From the IMG/VR virus record IMGVR_UViG_3300017971_000203: a stretch of DNA of 64,000 bases, one strand, 5' to 3'. This document shows, one piece after another, positions 29,951 through 39,065 of the stretch (the first letter of the stretch is position 1; every line of letters starts with the position of its first letter). The DNA is from a virus. The notes beneath the pieces are model-generated. The model made no database searches and had not been told where the DNA came from. It saw nothing but the letters and a program-made list of their open reading frames with translations. The translations under genes were made by a program, and so were the position numbers.

Positions 29951-30218
29951 CAGGAACCTCTCCAATAATCCGCGCAGCCTCCGCATCTTTCTGCCCTTGT
30001 TGCATTCCAGCCGCGAAGGCTCGGGCTCGTTCGTTTCGAAGGTGCTTCTTCGCGAGCTCGCAGTGGTCGAAATATTCGCACGAGAAGCACGCGGAGACTG
30101 CTTTCATCTCCTGGCACTTCTCCACATGCCGCTTCGTGAACTCCACCTCGAACTGGACGGAGCCCCGCTTCAGTCCGCGCAGGTTGAGCTCGAATTCGAT
30201 GTCTTCAAGAACACTCAC
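29943..30218 (-). CDS. Cys-rich hypothetical protein
   Basis: C..ACFSC..HC; coupled ORF. Confidence 0.55.
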   Translation of the reverse strand: MSVLEDIEFELNLRGLKRGSVQFEVEFTKRHVEKCQEMKAVSACFSCEYFDHCELAKKHLRNERARAFAAGMQQGQKDAEAARIIGEVPDE

Positions 30219-30429
30219 TGCCGAGCTCCTCCAATATGAGCTCCGGGGAACGCACAGCTCGAAGAAAGCACACCCTGTGCATTACACCCCAGTGAGGACC
30301 GGATACGAGGAGCTTGCCCCCTTGCATCTCGAGCTCTCCCATGGACACGCTGGCTACCTGTTCCCCTCCGGCGAGGGTCTCACCACAGCCGGCGCAGCGG
30401 TGGAGCTTCTTCTGTCGTCTCGTGGCCAT
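30205..30429 (-). CDS. Small zinc-binding hypothetical protein
   Basis: CAGC...HRVC; start MATRRQ after GGAGG. Confidence 0.55.
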   Translation of the reverse strand: MATRRQKKLHRCAGCGETLAGGEQVASVSMGELEMQGGKLLVSGPHWGVMHRVCFLRAVRSPELILEELGSECS

Positions 30430-30431
30430 CG

Positions 30432-31031
30432 CTACCTCCAAGTATGCAGCCCCAGGCACCGCATCACCGCTTGCAAGTCCTCCCAGGTGTCGCGCTTCGC
30501 TGGTGTGTACCGCAACAGATACGCGGGGTGGTAGGTGACACGAAGAGGTAACCCTTCCCAGGTGTGCCACTCCTCCCGCAGCTTCGAAATGGATTGGTTG
30601 GTCCCGAGGAGAGCTTGCGCGGCAGCGCCACCGAGAGCCACGAGGACAGGTGGACGCACCGCATCGAGCTGTCCGAGTAGGATTGGATGACAGGCTTCCT
30701 GCTCTTGGACAGACGGCGTTCTGTTCCCAGGGGGCCTGCAGCAGACAGTGTTGCAGATGTAGACGTCGCCCCGGCTCAGCCCCATCGCTCGGATCATTTT
30801 CCCGAGGAGCTTCCCGGAGGGCCCGACAAAGGGCACACCTTGATCGTCCTCTCGAGCCCCGGGCGCTTCACCCACGAACGCCAACTGCGGCGTCTTGGAA
30901 CCAACACCGAAGACAACGTTCTTCCGACCCTCGTGGAGGACACATCGCGTACACGCCTGCGCCCGCGCGCGAAGCGTGCCGAGGTCCAGTGTCCCTATGG
31001 AGCCGGGTTCGCGGAAAAGCGATCCCTGCAT
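30432..31031 (-). CDS. udg: Uracil-DNA glycosylase, family 4 (Fe-S)
   Basis: CTRC.L, FVGEAPG..ED..G.PFVG.SG, N.V.CRPP.NR.P, TYHPAYLL. Confidence 0.93.
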   Translation of the reverse strand: MQGSLFREPGSIGTLDLGTLRARAQACTRCVLHEGRKNVVFGVGSKTPQLAFVGEAPGAREDDQGVPFVGPSGKLLGKMIRAMGLSRGDVYICNTVCCRPPGNRTPSVQEQEACHPILLGQLDAVRPPVLVALGGAAAQALLGTNQSISKLREEWHTWEGLPLRVTYHPAYLLRYTPAKRDTWEDLQAVMRCLGLHTWR

Positions 31032-31224
31032 CAGCCGTTCAAGGGCTTTTTCGGTTGTGGTCGACTGTCGAGCAGCTTCTCTTTCGGCTCGGTGTCGCCG
31101 ATGACCTCGCGGATCATCGGAGGTCGTTTCGGCTTCGGCTTCGGCTGCTTCGGGTCGTTCTCGTTCATGTCGTCCCCTCGGAGTCCCTGGTCACACTCTG
31201 TATAATCAGGGCGGAGGGGGATTG

Positions 31225-31548
31225 TCAAATCAGAGCTCTGTAGGCTTCACACTCTTCGAGGCGCTCTTCCAGCCAGGAGGGGCCGAAAAAACGCACGATG
31301 CTGTCTTTCCACCACTCCTCCGAGAACGTGAAGATCCGCAAGGACTCCATGAGCTCCGAGAAGTAGAGCCTGGGCCCCAACGGCTCGAGCTCCTTTTCCT
31401 TCCGTTTCTCCAACCAGTCAGGGTAGAACTGGAAGACGTTTTTCACCCAGTAGGGAATGAAAACGTGTGTTGGGCAGGACTCCCATGTGTCGCACGGGAG
31501 GGGTACGTGGATGTCTCCGACAATTAGTTGCCAACGTTCTTCTTTCAT
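31225..31548 (-). CDS. Hypothetical protein
   Basis: Trp/Phe-rich ORF in the operon; start MKEERW. Confidence 0.5.
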   Translation of the reverse strand: MKEERWQLIVGDIHVPLPCDTWESCPTHVFIPYWVKNVFQFYPDWLEKRKEKELEPLGPRLYFSELMESLRIFTFSEEWWKDSIVRFFGPSWLEERLEECEAYRALI

Positions 31549-31552
31549 GTCT

Positions 31553-31828
31553 TCAGTAGCCACGGAGAGAGTCGTAGATGCGCCCGGCGTACATCTTGGC
31601 CATTTCGACGGCTTTCTCTCTGGAGACGGGATTGCCCTCCGCATCGGTAGCCCTGAAGCGAGGACGGTCTTCGGTGCTCTTGTAGCGGATCTCCCACCAA
31701 TCGCCGTTCGACCTCTTTCGAAGTGTCACCCAGGCTTCGCCGAGGACTGTGTCCACCGGGATCGGTTTCGTGACGATTGCTTTCTTCGGGGACAAGGTGT
31801 CGGGGTCCATGATTTCGTTGCGTCTCAT
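31553..31828 (-). CDS. Hypothetical protein
   Basis: Coupled to the phosphatase stop (ATGA). Confidence 0.55.
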   Translation of the reverse strand: MRRNEIMDPDTLSPKKAIVTKPIPVDTVLGEAWVTLRKRSNGDWWEIRYKSTEDRPRFRATDAEGNPVSREKAVEMAKMYAGRIYDSLRGY

Positions 31829-32439
31829 GACTGTTCCCCCCAGGTACGAACGAAGTTGACCTGGCAACCGCGCTCAATGGCGCCTGGACGCGCCGCTCGA
31901 GTGGCCAGAATGGCCTGCTGGGCGTTCATCCCGTTCTGGACGAGCAAGCAGGCGATGTAGGTTCCGGTTCGGCCCAACCCGCCGCGGCAGTGCACGAGCA
32001 CGTTGCGGCCCTCTCGAAGGGCTCCCAGGGTGCGATCGATGTGCAGACGGTAGGAACGCTGCTTCCCGGGCCTCGGGATGTACATGTCCTTCACGGGGAA
32101 CCAATCGACGCCGATCCCGTAGTGCGGGGCGATGTCGAAGAGGTTCACGCAGTTGCAACGCTCGTATTCGAAGTCCTCCATCAGGGACACGACGCGCTGC
32201 ACCTTGTGGACGTCTCGGAGGACCCGGAGGTCTTCGTCGAGGTCCCGGTGCCAGAGCCCGGTCCAGCCGTCGTACTGCTTACCGGGCACGATACCGGCGC
32301 CGATACGTCCGGGTGTGTCGAGCGCTTCCCTCGATACCCAGTCGGCACGGAAGGGGTGCGACTTCGAGGTCTTCGGGGTGCGCTTCGCGGCTCGGGCGCC
32401 GCGTCGAAATGCGTCAACGTAATCGTCGGGGTTGAACAT
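31825..32439 (-). CDS. Dual-specificity/tyrosine protein phosphatase (CDKN3-like)
   Basis: PGK..W.RDLDEDL, FPVKD..IP, catalytic VLVHCRGGLGRTG, RPGAIE..Q. Confidence 0.9.
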   Translation of the reverse strand: MFNPDDYVDAFRRGARAAKRTPKTSKSHPFRADWVSREALDTPGRIGAGIVPGKQYDGWTGLWHRDLDEDLRVLRDVHKVQRVVSLMEDFEYERCNCVNLFDIAPHYGIGVDWFPVKDMYIPRPGKQRSYRLHIDRTLGALREGRNVLVHCRGGLGRTGTYIACLLVQNGMNAQQAILATRAARPGAIERGCQVNFVRTWGEQS

Positions 32440-32454
32440 GGTGAGCCTCCGTTC

Positions 32455-32682
32455 TCAGGAGGCGTTGAGCTCCGCCGCGAGGGCTTCGTACCTGGCGGCG
32501 TCGAGCTCGGACGCCTCTGCTTCGATGTTGTTGGGGGTGCCTGAGCCACTGCGGATAGCTGTCGCAGGCTCCGTTCCGACACGCACCCTGTCCAGGTGCC
32601 GGGCGAAGAAGAGCTTGGTTGCGCCCTGGTCGATGAAGGGCTGGGCAAGTCGTTTGAGAACTTCCGCGGTGACTGGGATCAT
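32455..32682 (-). CDS. Hypothetical protein
   Basis: 75 aa with SD. Confidence 0.55.
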   Translation of the reverse strand: MIPVTAEVLKRLAQPFIDQGATKLFFARHLDRVRVGTEPATAIRSGSGTPNNIEAEASELDAARYEALAAELNAS

Positions 32683-32691
32683 GGTCGTCTC

Positions 32692-32964
32692 CTACGCCTG
32701 TCCGACCGTCTTCAGGACCAGAACAGGCTTGTCAGTGCCTGCATCCATCACGTGCGCTTCACGTGCTTCGGCCTGCAGAGCCAAGATGAAATCGTCGAAG
32801 AGCACTTGGGGGTACACGCCCGAAGCGATAGCAGCGCGGGCCGCCAGCCTCATGTAGGTCCGGCACAGCCGGTACGTGTGTTCGGGGTCCACCGGGACTT
32901 CTTTCTCTACCAGAGCGGTTGAGACGGCTTCGTCGATGATGGGCTGCATTTCACGGCGTTTCAT
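32692..32964 (-). CDS. Hypothetical protein
   Basis: Preceded by the CCAACGGAGGGG leader. Confidence 0.6.
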   Translation of the reverse strand: MKRREMQPIIDEAVSTALVEKEVPVDPEHTYRLCRTYMRLAARAAIASGVYPQVLFDDFILALQAEAREAHVMDAGTDKPVLVLKTVGQA

Positions 32965-33033
32965 GGTTCTCCCCTCCGTTGGTTCCTATCAGGTCAGGTG
33001 CGGGTTGTCAAGCGAGGCCGAAGCCCCGGAGCG

Positions 33034-33924
33034 TCAGGCAGCTTCAGCGTCCTGTTCGAGGTGGCTGCAGGGGATCCACTTCCCGTTCCAGGGAAGGAGT
33101 CCCTCTTGGCACTCCTCTTTGGTGGTGCAGTGTGCGCAGTGTGCGCAGAGCGCTTCGTCTACAGCGAGCTCTTCCAGGAAGGTAGCGGTGATGCCGGCGG
33201 CGATGTTCGAAGCACCGGTGCTGGTCGTGGTCTTGGGGGTGTCTTCGGTCTCGGCGTTGAAGGTGTCCACGATGCCCGTGGCAACGCTCGAGGCCGCTTC
33301 TTCGTGGGAGGGCTCGGGAGTAGGCGCGGTGTCCGTCGCAAGGTCCAGAGCGTCGTTCTCGGGACCTTCGGCGTTCCACTCAGCTTCCATTTCCGCCATG
33401 GCTTCGTGTAGGGCGCCCGGGTCCTTGGTTTCTTCGGCTTCCGCCTGGGCCTTCGCCTCGGCCTTGAGCTGCTTGTCGAGAGCCTTCCAGGAAGCGCCGC
33501 CACAGTGGGGGCCCATGCCGAGGTGCACGCTCACAGGGTGCGTGAGGTCTTTGTTGCAGTGGCTGCAGGTACCTTCCAGGAGGTACTCGAGCCCACTCTT
33601 CGTGCCCTTGTCGGTGTTGTTCAGGAGGGCCGCCATCTTCAAGAGGCTTCCGTCCTTCTTCGCCTGGGAAGTCCAGACGCGAACCTTGCCGTCTTTCACC
33701 CAGCCGAAGCGGCGCCAGTGCGTCCAGTTTTCACGGTCGGGGCCGATGAGAAGGGAAACGACGCGCTCGCCCTTCAAGTAGTCAGGAGCGCTGGAATTCT
33801 TCTTCACCACCGCGATCTTGAAGGTCCGGTGCTGACCTGACTTGGTGTTGTTGATGGTGATGTAGCCGTTGTGAGTGGCGAGAAGAGCGGTCGTGAAAGC
33901 GATATGGTTGATGGCGGCGTTCAT
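33034..33924 (-). CDS. DUF6011-like protein (C..C..LT.P.S...G.GP.C) with acidic tail
   Basis: SGQHRTFKI, LLIGPD, EGTCSHCNKDLTHPVSVHLGMGPHC; first gene after a class A promoter. Confidence 0.7.
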   Translation of the reverse strand: MNAAINHIAFTTALLATHNGYITINNTKSGQHRTFKIAVVKKNSSAPDYLKGERVVSLLIGPDRENWTHWRRFGWVKDGKVRVWTSQAKKDGSLLKMAALLNNTDKGTKSGLEYLLEGTCSHCNKDLTHPVSVHLGMGPHCGGASWKALDKQLKAEAKAQAEAEETKDPGALHEAMAEMEAEWNAEGPENDALDLATDTAPTPEPSHEEAASSVATGIVDTFNAETEDTPKTTTSTGASNIAAGITATFLEELAVDEALCAHCAHCTTKEECQEGLLPWNGKWIPCSHLEQDAEAA

Positions 33925-33968
33925 CGTGTTCCCCTCCGTTGGAACGTTCGTCGTGTCAGCTGTCCCTC

Positions 33969-33996
33969 AGTATAGCCCCCTCGACGTGAGTGTCAA
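33969..33996 (-). promoter_or_regulatory. Class A strong (early) promoter
   Basis: TTGACA-CTCACGTCGAGGGGGC(16)-TATACT with upstream GATCTTTTTTCATT. Confidence 0.8.
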
Positions 33997-34141
33997 CCGG
34001 TAAATGAAAAAAGATCGAAGAAAGATCGACTCGACCCGGGGAGCCCATCCAGGTGGGACGTTTTGGAAAAGTGCCGAGGGGCTTCGGGTGGGCATATCAG
34101 GCGGGCCGCACAACGGCGGGAAGCTCCCCGGGTCGGTCTGA

Positions 34142-34603
34142 CTACAGAGAGTAGACAGGCTGATACTGTGCCTCTTCTACTTCTTCTGTGTCCAGGGTGA
34201 ACTTCTTCGTTCCGGTCTTCACCGTCACGTTAGAGAAGTCGTCCTCGAGAGACCACTCCTGCTCATCGACGCTCAGATCGGCGTCGACCTCGACCTCGAC
34301 CTCGACCTCGACCTGGCCGGACACCTCATCGACACCGACGGCCTCTTCCCAGGCGTCGCGGTCGATGATCGCAATCCACTTGTAGCGGCCTTTGATGAGT
34401 GTGGCGTCGCCGGAAACTCCGATCATAGAGAGGTATGTTTCCAGGATCTGGCGGTCGAAGCGGTGGTACAGCTTCACCACGATGAAGTCCTCGGGGGACT
34501 TGCGGTGGGGGCGGTAGTGGATGCCCTTGATCCCTTCGATGAAAGAGATCACGGCGTTCTGGGTGTTGATGTCGGCGATGGCGTTGGTGGTGATGTCGTT
34601 CAT
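34142..34603 (-). CDS. Hypothetical early protein with acidic C-terminus
   Basis: Follows a class A promoter and the CCAACGGAGGGG leader. Confidence 0.65.
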   Translation of the reverse strand: MNDITTNAIADINTQNAVISFIEGIKGIHYRPHRKSPEDFIVVKLYHRFDRQILETYLSMIGVSGDATLIKGRYKWIAIIDRDAWEEAVGVDEVSGQVEVEVEVEVDADLSVDEQEWSLEDDFSNVTVKTGTKKFTLDTEEVEEAQYQPVYSL

Positions 34604-34661
34604 AGTTCTCCCCTCCGTTGGAGCGGGGCCTGAAGCGGCCTCCGTCGTGAAGACAACCCGG

Positions 34662-34689
34662 AGTATACTCCCCCTGACGCGAGTGTCAA
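34662..34689 (-). promoter_or_regulatory. Class A promoter
   Basis: TTGACA-CTCGCGTCAGGGGGAG(16)-TATACT. Confidence 0.8.
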
Positions 34690-34703
34690 GAGGGGAATAC
34701 GAA

Positions 34704-35738
34704 TTATTTCACTTTGTACTTCCGGGCCCCTGGATCGTCTCCTTCTCCTCGAAGGAAGGGCTGTAACCAGGTACGCCTTCTGGGGCGCTCAGAGAGCGGT
34801 ACAGAGCGAGGACCGTAGGGCACGTCTCTCCAGTGGCCCCGAACCCAGTGGCGCTTCACGGCGCTCCTGGGGCCTTTTTCGGGGCTGTTCGAAGGCTCTC
34901 GGTCGATGGACGCTCCTACCACAGTTACGATGGACGGTACGGGTAGATGATCGAGCCGTTCGAGCAGGGAGAGCCGCACTCGTTCGTTCTTCGCCTTCTG
35001 GAGCTTCTTTTCGATGCGGGCTCGTTGCCGGGTCCGGGTCCGGTCGACGCGCTTCGAGGTCTCCGCTCCCGCGCTCGAGAGGTACTGAGCCAGGTTGAAG
35101 ACCACACGGACCACACCGGCGGAAGTCTGAAGTGTCTCCCGCTCGACTTCGGGATCGTCCATCCCGGTCACTTCCACCAGGTGCTTTTTCGTGTCGGTCA
35201 GCAGCTGCTGTAGGTAGTGCTCGAGGTCTTCGAAGTCCGCCACAGCGTTCTTCATGTCGATACGCCACCAGCGGATCGCATCGTCACCATGGTCCGTGCC
35301 GTGAGGGCGGCCCCAACAGGCGAAAAGGATACGACCATCTTCTTCAACCGACACGTAGACACCGTCGATCCGGTGCCAGCCGCTGCTCCCTCCCCAAAGC
35401 TTCCAGGGGCAATCCCGGAGCGCCAAGTAGAAGGCGTCGTAGGGCAGACGGAGGTCCTCGAAGTCGATGCCCCGAAGGGACGTCGCCGAGAGCATCTCCT
35501 GGAGGCGAGGACCAATCTCGAAGGCCTGACGCCCATGGTGGATGTAGCGCATCACACTCACGGCCAAGGCCTGGGTGGCGAAGCTGGAAGGGAGCAGACC
35601 ACCAACGGTTGGGAACAGCTTTACTACGGTGTCCAGGTACGTTTCTGGGGAGAGCTCCTGCGCAGCCGACTCGAGGAGTAGGCCAATCGAGGGCAGGTTC
35701 TTGTGGACGAACTCGAGGTGTAGCGTGGCTTTCTTCAT
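34704..35738 (-). CDS. Hypothetical phage protein with a C-terminal RHWVRGHWR...W.QPF..G motif
   Basis: Start MKKATL after the leader motif; LRLPYDAFY and H.VRGHWR motifs are common in phage proteins. Confidence 0.7.
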   Translation of the reverse strand: MKKATLHLEFVHKNLPSIGLLLESAAQELSPETYLDTVVKLFPTVGGLLPSSFATQALAVSVMRYIHHGRQAFEIGPRLQEMLSATSLRGIDFEDLRLPYDAFYLALRDCPWKLWGGSSGWHRIDGVYVSVEEDGRILFACWGRPHGTDHGDDAIRWWRIDMKNAVADFEDLEHYLQQLLTDTKKHLVEVTGMDDPEVERETLQTSAGVVRVVFNLAQYLSSAGAETSKRVDRTRTRQRARIEKKLQKAKNERVRLSLLERLDHLPVPSIVTVVGASIDREPSNSPEKGPRSAVKRHWVRGHWRDVPYGPRSVPLSERPRRRTWLQPFLRGEGDDPGARKYKVK

Positions 35739-35766
35739 GTCCCCCTCCGTTGGGTGTGTCGACGTT

Positions 35767-36873
35767 CTACAGGGTAGACTCCGCCGGTTCCTCGCTGCTG
35801 ACAGCTCGAGGGGCACAAACGTGTTCGGCCAGATAGAAAAGGTGCTGCGGGTGGTACTTCGTGGCGAAGACCTCTCCCCGAACGGGCTTGCAGGTCTCCA
35901 CAGCTTCGGCCCAGCGCTCGGGGATGTCGTTCAAACCGAAGTAGGCGCCGAGCAAAGCTCCAGCGATAGCGCCGTTCGTGTCGGAATCTCCTCCGCGATT
36001 CACCGTGTCGAGGAGCCCGTCTTCAAAGCTCTCCGCGTGCAGCAGCTGGTAGAAGGCCAACCGGAAGCTCGTTCGCACGAAGCCGTTCGGACGCTCGATC
36101 TTCGGATCGTCGTCCCGGGCAGCCGTCAAGTCGTCCTGGAGGTCATAGAAGCAGCGCACGATCTCGGGGTCCTTGGGATAGATCGTCGGGTCGACGTTCT
36201 CTCGGCGGTACTTGGCGAATTCGCCGAGCTCCACCACCGCCCTTCGCAGACCATTCCAGGCGGCCCTCCACATCTCTTGGCGAGTGCCGCCCTTGACGCC
36301 GCACGCGATGGCGGAGTTGAAAGCCGCACACGCCATCGTGCAGTACGGATGTGCGTGTGTGATAGCACTCTCCTGGAGAGAGGCGAGTCGGACCAGCGCT
36401 TCGTCTTCTTCATCGGCGTAGAAGACGCCGAGGGGGCTGGTACGCATCAGGGAGCCGTTTCCGGCCGCGCTGCGCCCGCTTTTGTGCCACCCGAGGTAAC
36501 CGCCCATGCGCGGGTCCTTGGTCTCCTGGTAGCCGCGGATGCCCCCGATGGTGGTCCCTCCGATGTCGAAGGTGTGTTCGCGCCACTCGACGTAGCGATC
36601 CGCGATGTCTTTGGCGTCGAAGCCGTCGTGCTCGACCAGGGAGGCCGCGATACAACACGCCAGGTGTGTATCGTCTGTGACTTGACCGGCTGCCAAACGG
36701 AAGGGCCCCTCCCCGATGATCTCCGTGTGCGGTCCTTTCATCCTTTCGGGCCACTTCGGAGCGTTCGAGACGTGGGAGAACTCAAGTGTTGTACCGAGGG
36801 CGTCGCCCGTGGCCTGGCCCATCATGGCGCCCATGGCCTTGTCAGCGATGATGTTGCTTTTCTGGTAGTCCAT
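35767..36873 (-). CDS. ADP-ribosylglycohydrolase (DraG/ARH family)
   Basis: G.ATGDALG, GQVTDDT, FDIG.T, AGNGSLMR..P, ITHAH, GGDSDTNGAIAGAL.GA..G..IP..W. Confidence 0.92.
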   Translation of the reverse strand: MDYQKSNIIADKAMGAMMGQATGDALGTTLEFSHVSNAPKWPERMKGPHTEIIGEGPFRLAAGQVTDDTHLACCIAASLVEHDGFDAKDIADRYVEWREHTFDIGGTTIGGIRGYQETKDPRMGGYLGWHKSGRSAAGNGSLMRTSPLGVFYADEEDEALVRLASLQESAITHAHPYCTMACAAFNSAIACGVKGGTRQEMWRAAWNGLRRAVVELGEFAKYRRENVDPTIYPKDPEIVRCFYDLQDDLTAARDDDPKIERPNGFVRTSFRLAFYQLLHAESFEDGLLDTVNRGGDSDTNGAIAGALLGAYFGLNDIPERWAEAVETCKPVRGEVFATKYHPQHLFYLAEHVCAPRAVSSEEPAESTL

Positions 36874-36884
36874 GGTTTGTCTTC

Positions 36885-37172
36885 TCAGTCCCACCCGCGG
36901 GCGGCGTATTCGGCGTCGATGAGCTGATTCAGGGCGAGCTCCAGGAGCTCTTCTTCCAGGTCTTCTCGGTTTGTGTCGAGCGCGCAGAGGGCTTCGTCCA
37001 GGGAGACCTTGACTGTCTCCCCTTCGTGGTAGAGCTCCACCTTGTCGAGCTGCACTTCGGGCGGGTCGCCCGGGTAACAGTTCTCCGGGGGTCCCGAGAG
37101 CTTGGGCGGACAACCGGGGTCGAAGTCGACGGTGAAGAGAAAGTCTTCGATCTCGAGTTCAAGGCTGGTCAT
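36885..37172 (-). CDS. Hypothetical acidic protein
   Basis: SGPPENCYP..PPE motif; SD present. Confidence 0.6.
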   Translation of the reverse strand: MTSLELEIEDFLFTVDFDPGCPPKLSGPPENCYPGDPPEVQLDKVELYHEGETVKVSLDEALCALDTNREDLEEELLELALNQLIDAEYAARGWD

Positions 37173-37183
37173 CGGAAAGCTCC

Positions 37184-37465
37184 TCAGCAGTAGCACGTGT
37201 CGGCGGGGTTGAGGGGTTGCTCGGTGAACTCGAGCCCGAAGGGCGCACCCGAGAACTCGGTGGCCTTCCCCTCGGGCCCCATGATGTCGAACCACTCGGG
37301 CGGGTCCTGGCGGAGCTCGCGAACGATCTTGATGAGACGGGCGTTTAGGAGCACAGGCTGCGTAACCGCATGGTGTGTGATCACGAAGTTGTGAAGGATC
37401 AGGTAGACTACGCGGACCGAAGCTCCGCTGAGAGGCTCGATGTGGATGGTGATTTCGCGGTCCAT
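37184..37465 (-). CDS. Hypothetical protein
   Basis: Leader CCAATGGAGGGG precedes the ATG. Confidence 0.55.
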   Translation of the reverse strand: MDREITIHIEPLSGASVRVVYLILHNFVITHHAVTQPVLLNARLIKIVRELRQDPPEWFDIMGPEGKATEFSGAPFGLEFTEQPLNPADTCYC

Positions 37466-37519
37466 GTTGTTCCCCTCCATTGGAACAGGCTGTGAATAAG
37501 AACGTGAGCTCAATCTTGA

Positions 37520-37717
37520 CTACTCATCTTCGATGATGCGAAGGTTCTCGACCGGCTCACTCCATCGAAGCGCATTTCCGTTCCACAGCGTGCCTTCGAC
37601 GTCGACGACTGTGCCACCAGCGATGCGGCGAGGGCGTCGCAGGATTGTCACGATGCCGCAATGGATCGCGAGGAACTTCGAGCCGGGCTGGATCTGAGTG
37701 CATTTTGGGCGTGCCAT
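37520..37717 (-). CDS. Small hypothetical protein
   Basis: Leader CCAACGGAGGGG precedes the ATG. Confidence 0.55.
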   Translation of the reverse strand: MARPKCTQIQPGSKFLAIHCGIVTILRRPRRIAGGTVVDVEGTLWNGNALRWSEPVENLRIIEDE

Positions 37718-37748
37718 GTTCCCCTCCGTTGGAACAGGGTGTTGTGAT

Positions 37749-37931
37749 TGCTCAGGGCGGGACTCGAACCCGACATCCAGAGGACGCCTCCAGAGAGAGA
37801 GCCGCAACCTTCTCCCTCGACGGCACCGGCTTCAGCCTTCAGGACCGACGTTTGATTGGTCCTGGGGGAATCGAACCCCCCGCTCGATGGCGTCGACTCT
37901 TTCGGTCGGCGTCTGCCTGTGCCCCCCGAGC
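37749..37931 (-). ncRNA. Candidate tRNA-mimic small RNA with two T-arms
   Basis: 5' GCTCGGG pairs with 3' CCTGAGC-A. T-arms CGGG-TTCGAGT-CCCG and GGGGG-TTCGATT-CCCCC, the latter followed by an AGGACC/GGTCCT hairpin. Begins right after a class A promoter. Confidence 0.55.
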
Positions 37932-37939
37932 TGTCTCCG

Positions 37940-37967
37940 AGTATAGTCCCGCTGACGCTAGTGTCAA
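37940..37967 (-). promoter_or_regulatory. Class A promoter
   Basis: TTGACA-CTAGCGTCAGCGGGAC(16)-TATACT. Confidence 0.8.
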
Positions 37968-37995
37968 GGGGAAATGAAAAAAGATCGGTCTTTCT

Positions 37996-38208
37996 TCAAA
38001 CACGGTCGGAGAGGCGCACTTCTTCCAGGGCTCGGCCTGCCAGAATGCCGGGGTTATTGACGGAGCCGGTGTAGAACTTCGCCAGCAGGCGTTCGCCTTC
38101 GGCCTGGAGCTCCACGAGTTCCCAGCACTGTTCCTCTTCGCACTTTCGGAGGTAGACGCGGTCACCGCGTACCCTGGAGGTCCGTTTGGGCCAGCGTGCG
38201 GCCATCAC
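37996..38208 (-). CDS. Hypothetical protein
   Basis: Coupled to the dam stop (GTGA). Confidence 0.5.
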   Translation of the reverse strand: MMAARWPKRTSRVRGDRVYLRKCEEEQCWELVELQAEGERLLAKFYTGSVNNPGILAGRALEEVRLSDRV

Positions 38209-39065
38209 AACCCCGAATCGGTGAGAGCCTCCACGTCTTCCGGGGGATCGTAACCGGCCAGGACGATGAGCTCGTTCACAGGGCCTCGTTTGTTCCCCTT
38301 CGAATTGATGCTCCTGCGCGCTTGTACGCGCACACGCGGAAAGCGTCGGTACAAGCCATGACAGAAAGGCGTGTCCGAGTTCGACACCATGACTTGCACC
38401 CCGTTCTCCACCAGTTCTTCCACAGCAGCAGCGAGGGCTCTTTGGTGGTCTTCCCCGAAGCCCTCCTTGGTGAAGGACGTGAAGCTCGAGGTGGGATTCA
38501 AGGGCACGTAGGGCGGGTCCAGGTACACGAAGTCTCCAGGGTTCGTCTTCATCAGAAGACCCATGTAGTGGTCCGAGACGATCTCCACATCCTGCAGGAC
38601 TACAGAAGCTTCCCGCAAGAGTTCTTCCCGAACGATCTTCGGGCTCTTGTACTTCCCGTAGGGCACATTGAAGCCGCCCTTCCTGTTCACGCGCCAGAGT
38701 CCATTGAAGCAGGTCCGGTTCAGGAAGAGCATCCGGGCAGCTCGGTGCACCGTGTTGTCCCGGTCGGCGTTGAACAGCTCCCGAATGTCGTAGTAGGTCT
38801 GTTTCGGGTCCATCCAGTAGAGGGCGTCCAGCTGCTTCAGGGCTTCAATCAGGTTGTCCGGGCGATCCCGGATCTCCCGGTAGACATTGACCAGTGCGTG
38901 GTTCAGGTCCCCAATCTTGGCGGGCTTCGGCTCGAGGTCGAAGAACAACGCGCCGCCCCCGACCATGGGCTCGACATAGGTCTTCCATGAGGGCGGCTTC
39001 AGTCGGAGGAGCTCCGGGAGCAGCTGGCGCTTGCCGCCGGGCCACTTCATCACGGGGGTTGCCAT
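38205..39065 (-). CDS. dam: DNA adenine methyltransferase (Dam/D12 class)
   Basis: KWPGGK, YVEPMVGGGA, LNRTCFNGL.R.N..G.FNVPYG, DFVYLDPPY, MVSNS. Confidence 0.93.
   Translation of the reverse strand: MATPVMKWPGGKRQLLPELLRLKPPSWKTYVEPMVGGGALFFDLEPKPAKIGDLNHALVNVYREIRDRPDNLIEALKQLDALYWMDPKQTYYDIRELFNADRDNTVHRAARMLFLNRTCFNGLWRVNRKGGFNVPYGKYKSPKIVREELLREASVVLQDVEIVSDHYMGLLMKTNPGDFVYLDPPYVPLNPTSSFTSFTKEGFGEDHQRALAAAVEELVENGVQVMVSNSDTPFCHGLYRRFPRVRVQARRSINSKGNKRGPVNELIVLAGYDPPEDVEALTDSGL

Noticed and set aside
34285-34312. (CTCGAC)n tandem repeat
   Set aside because: It simply encodes VEVEVEV in an acidic protein tail.
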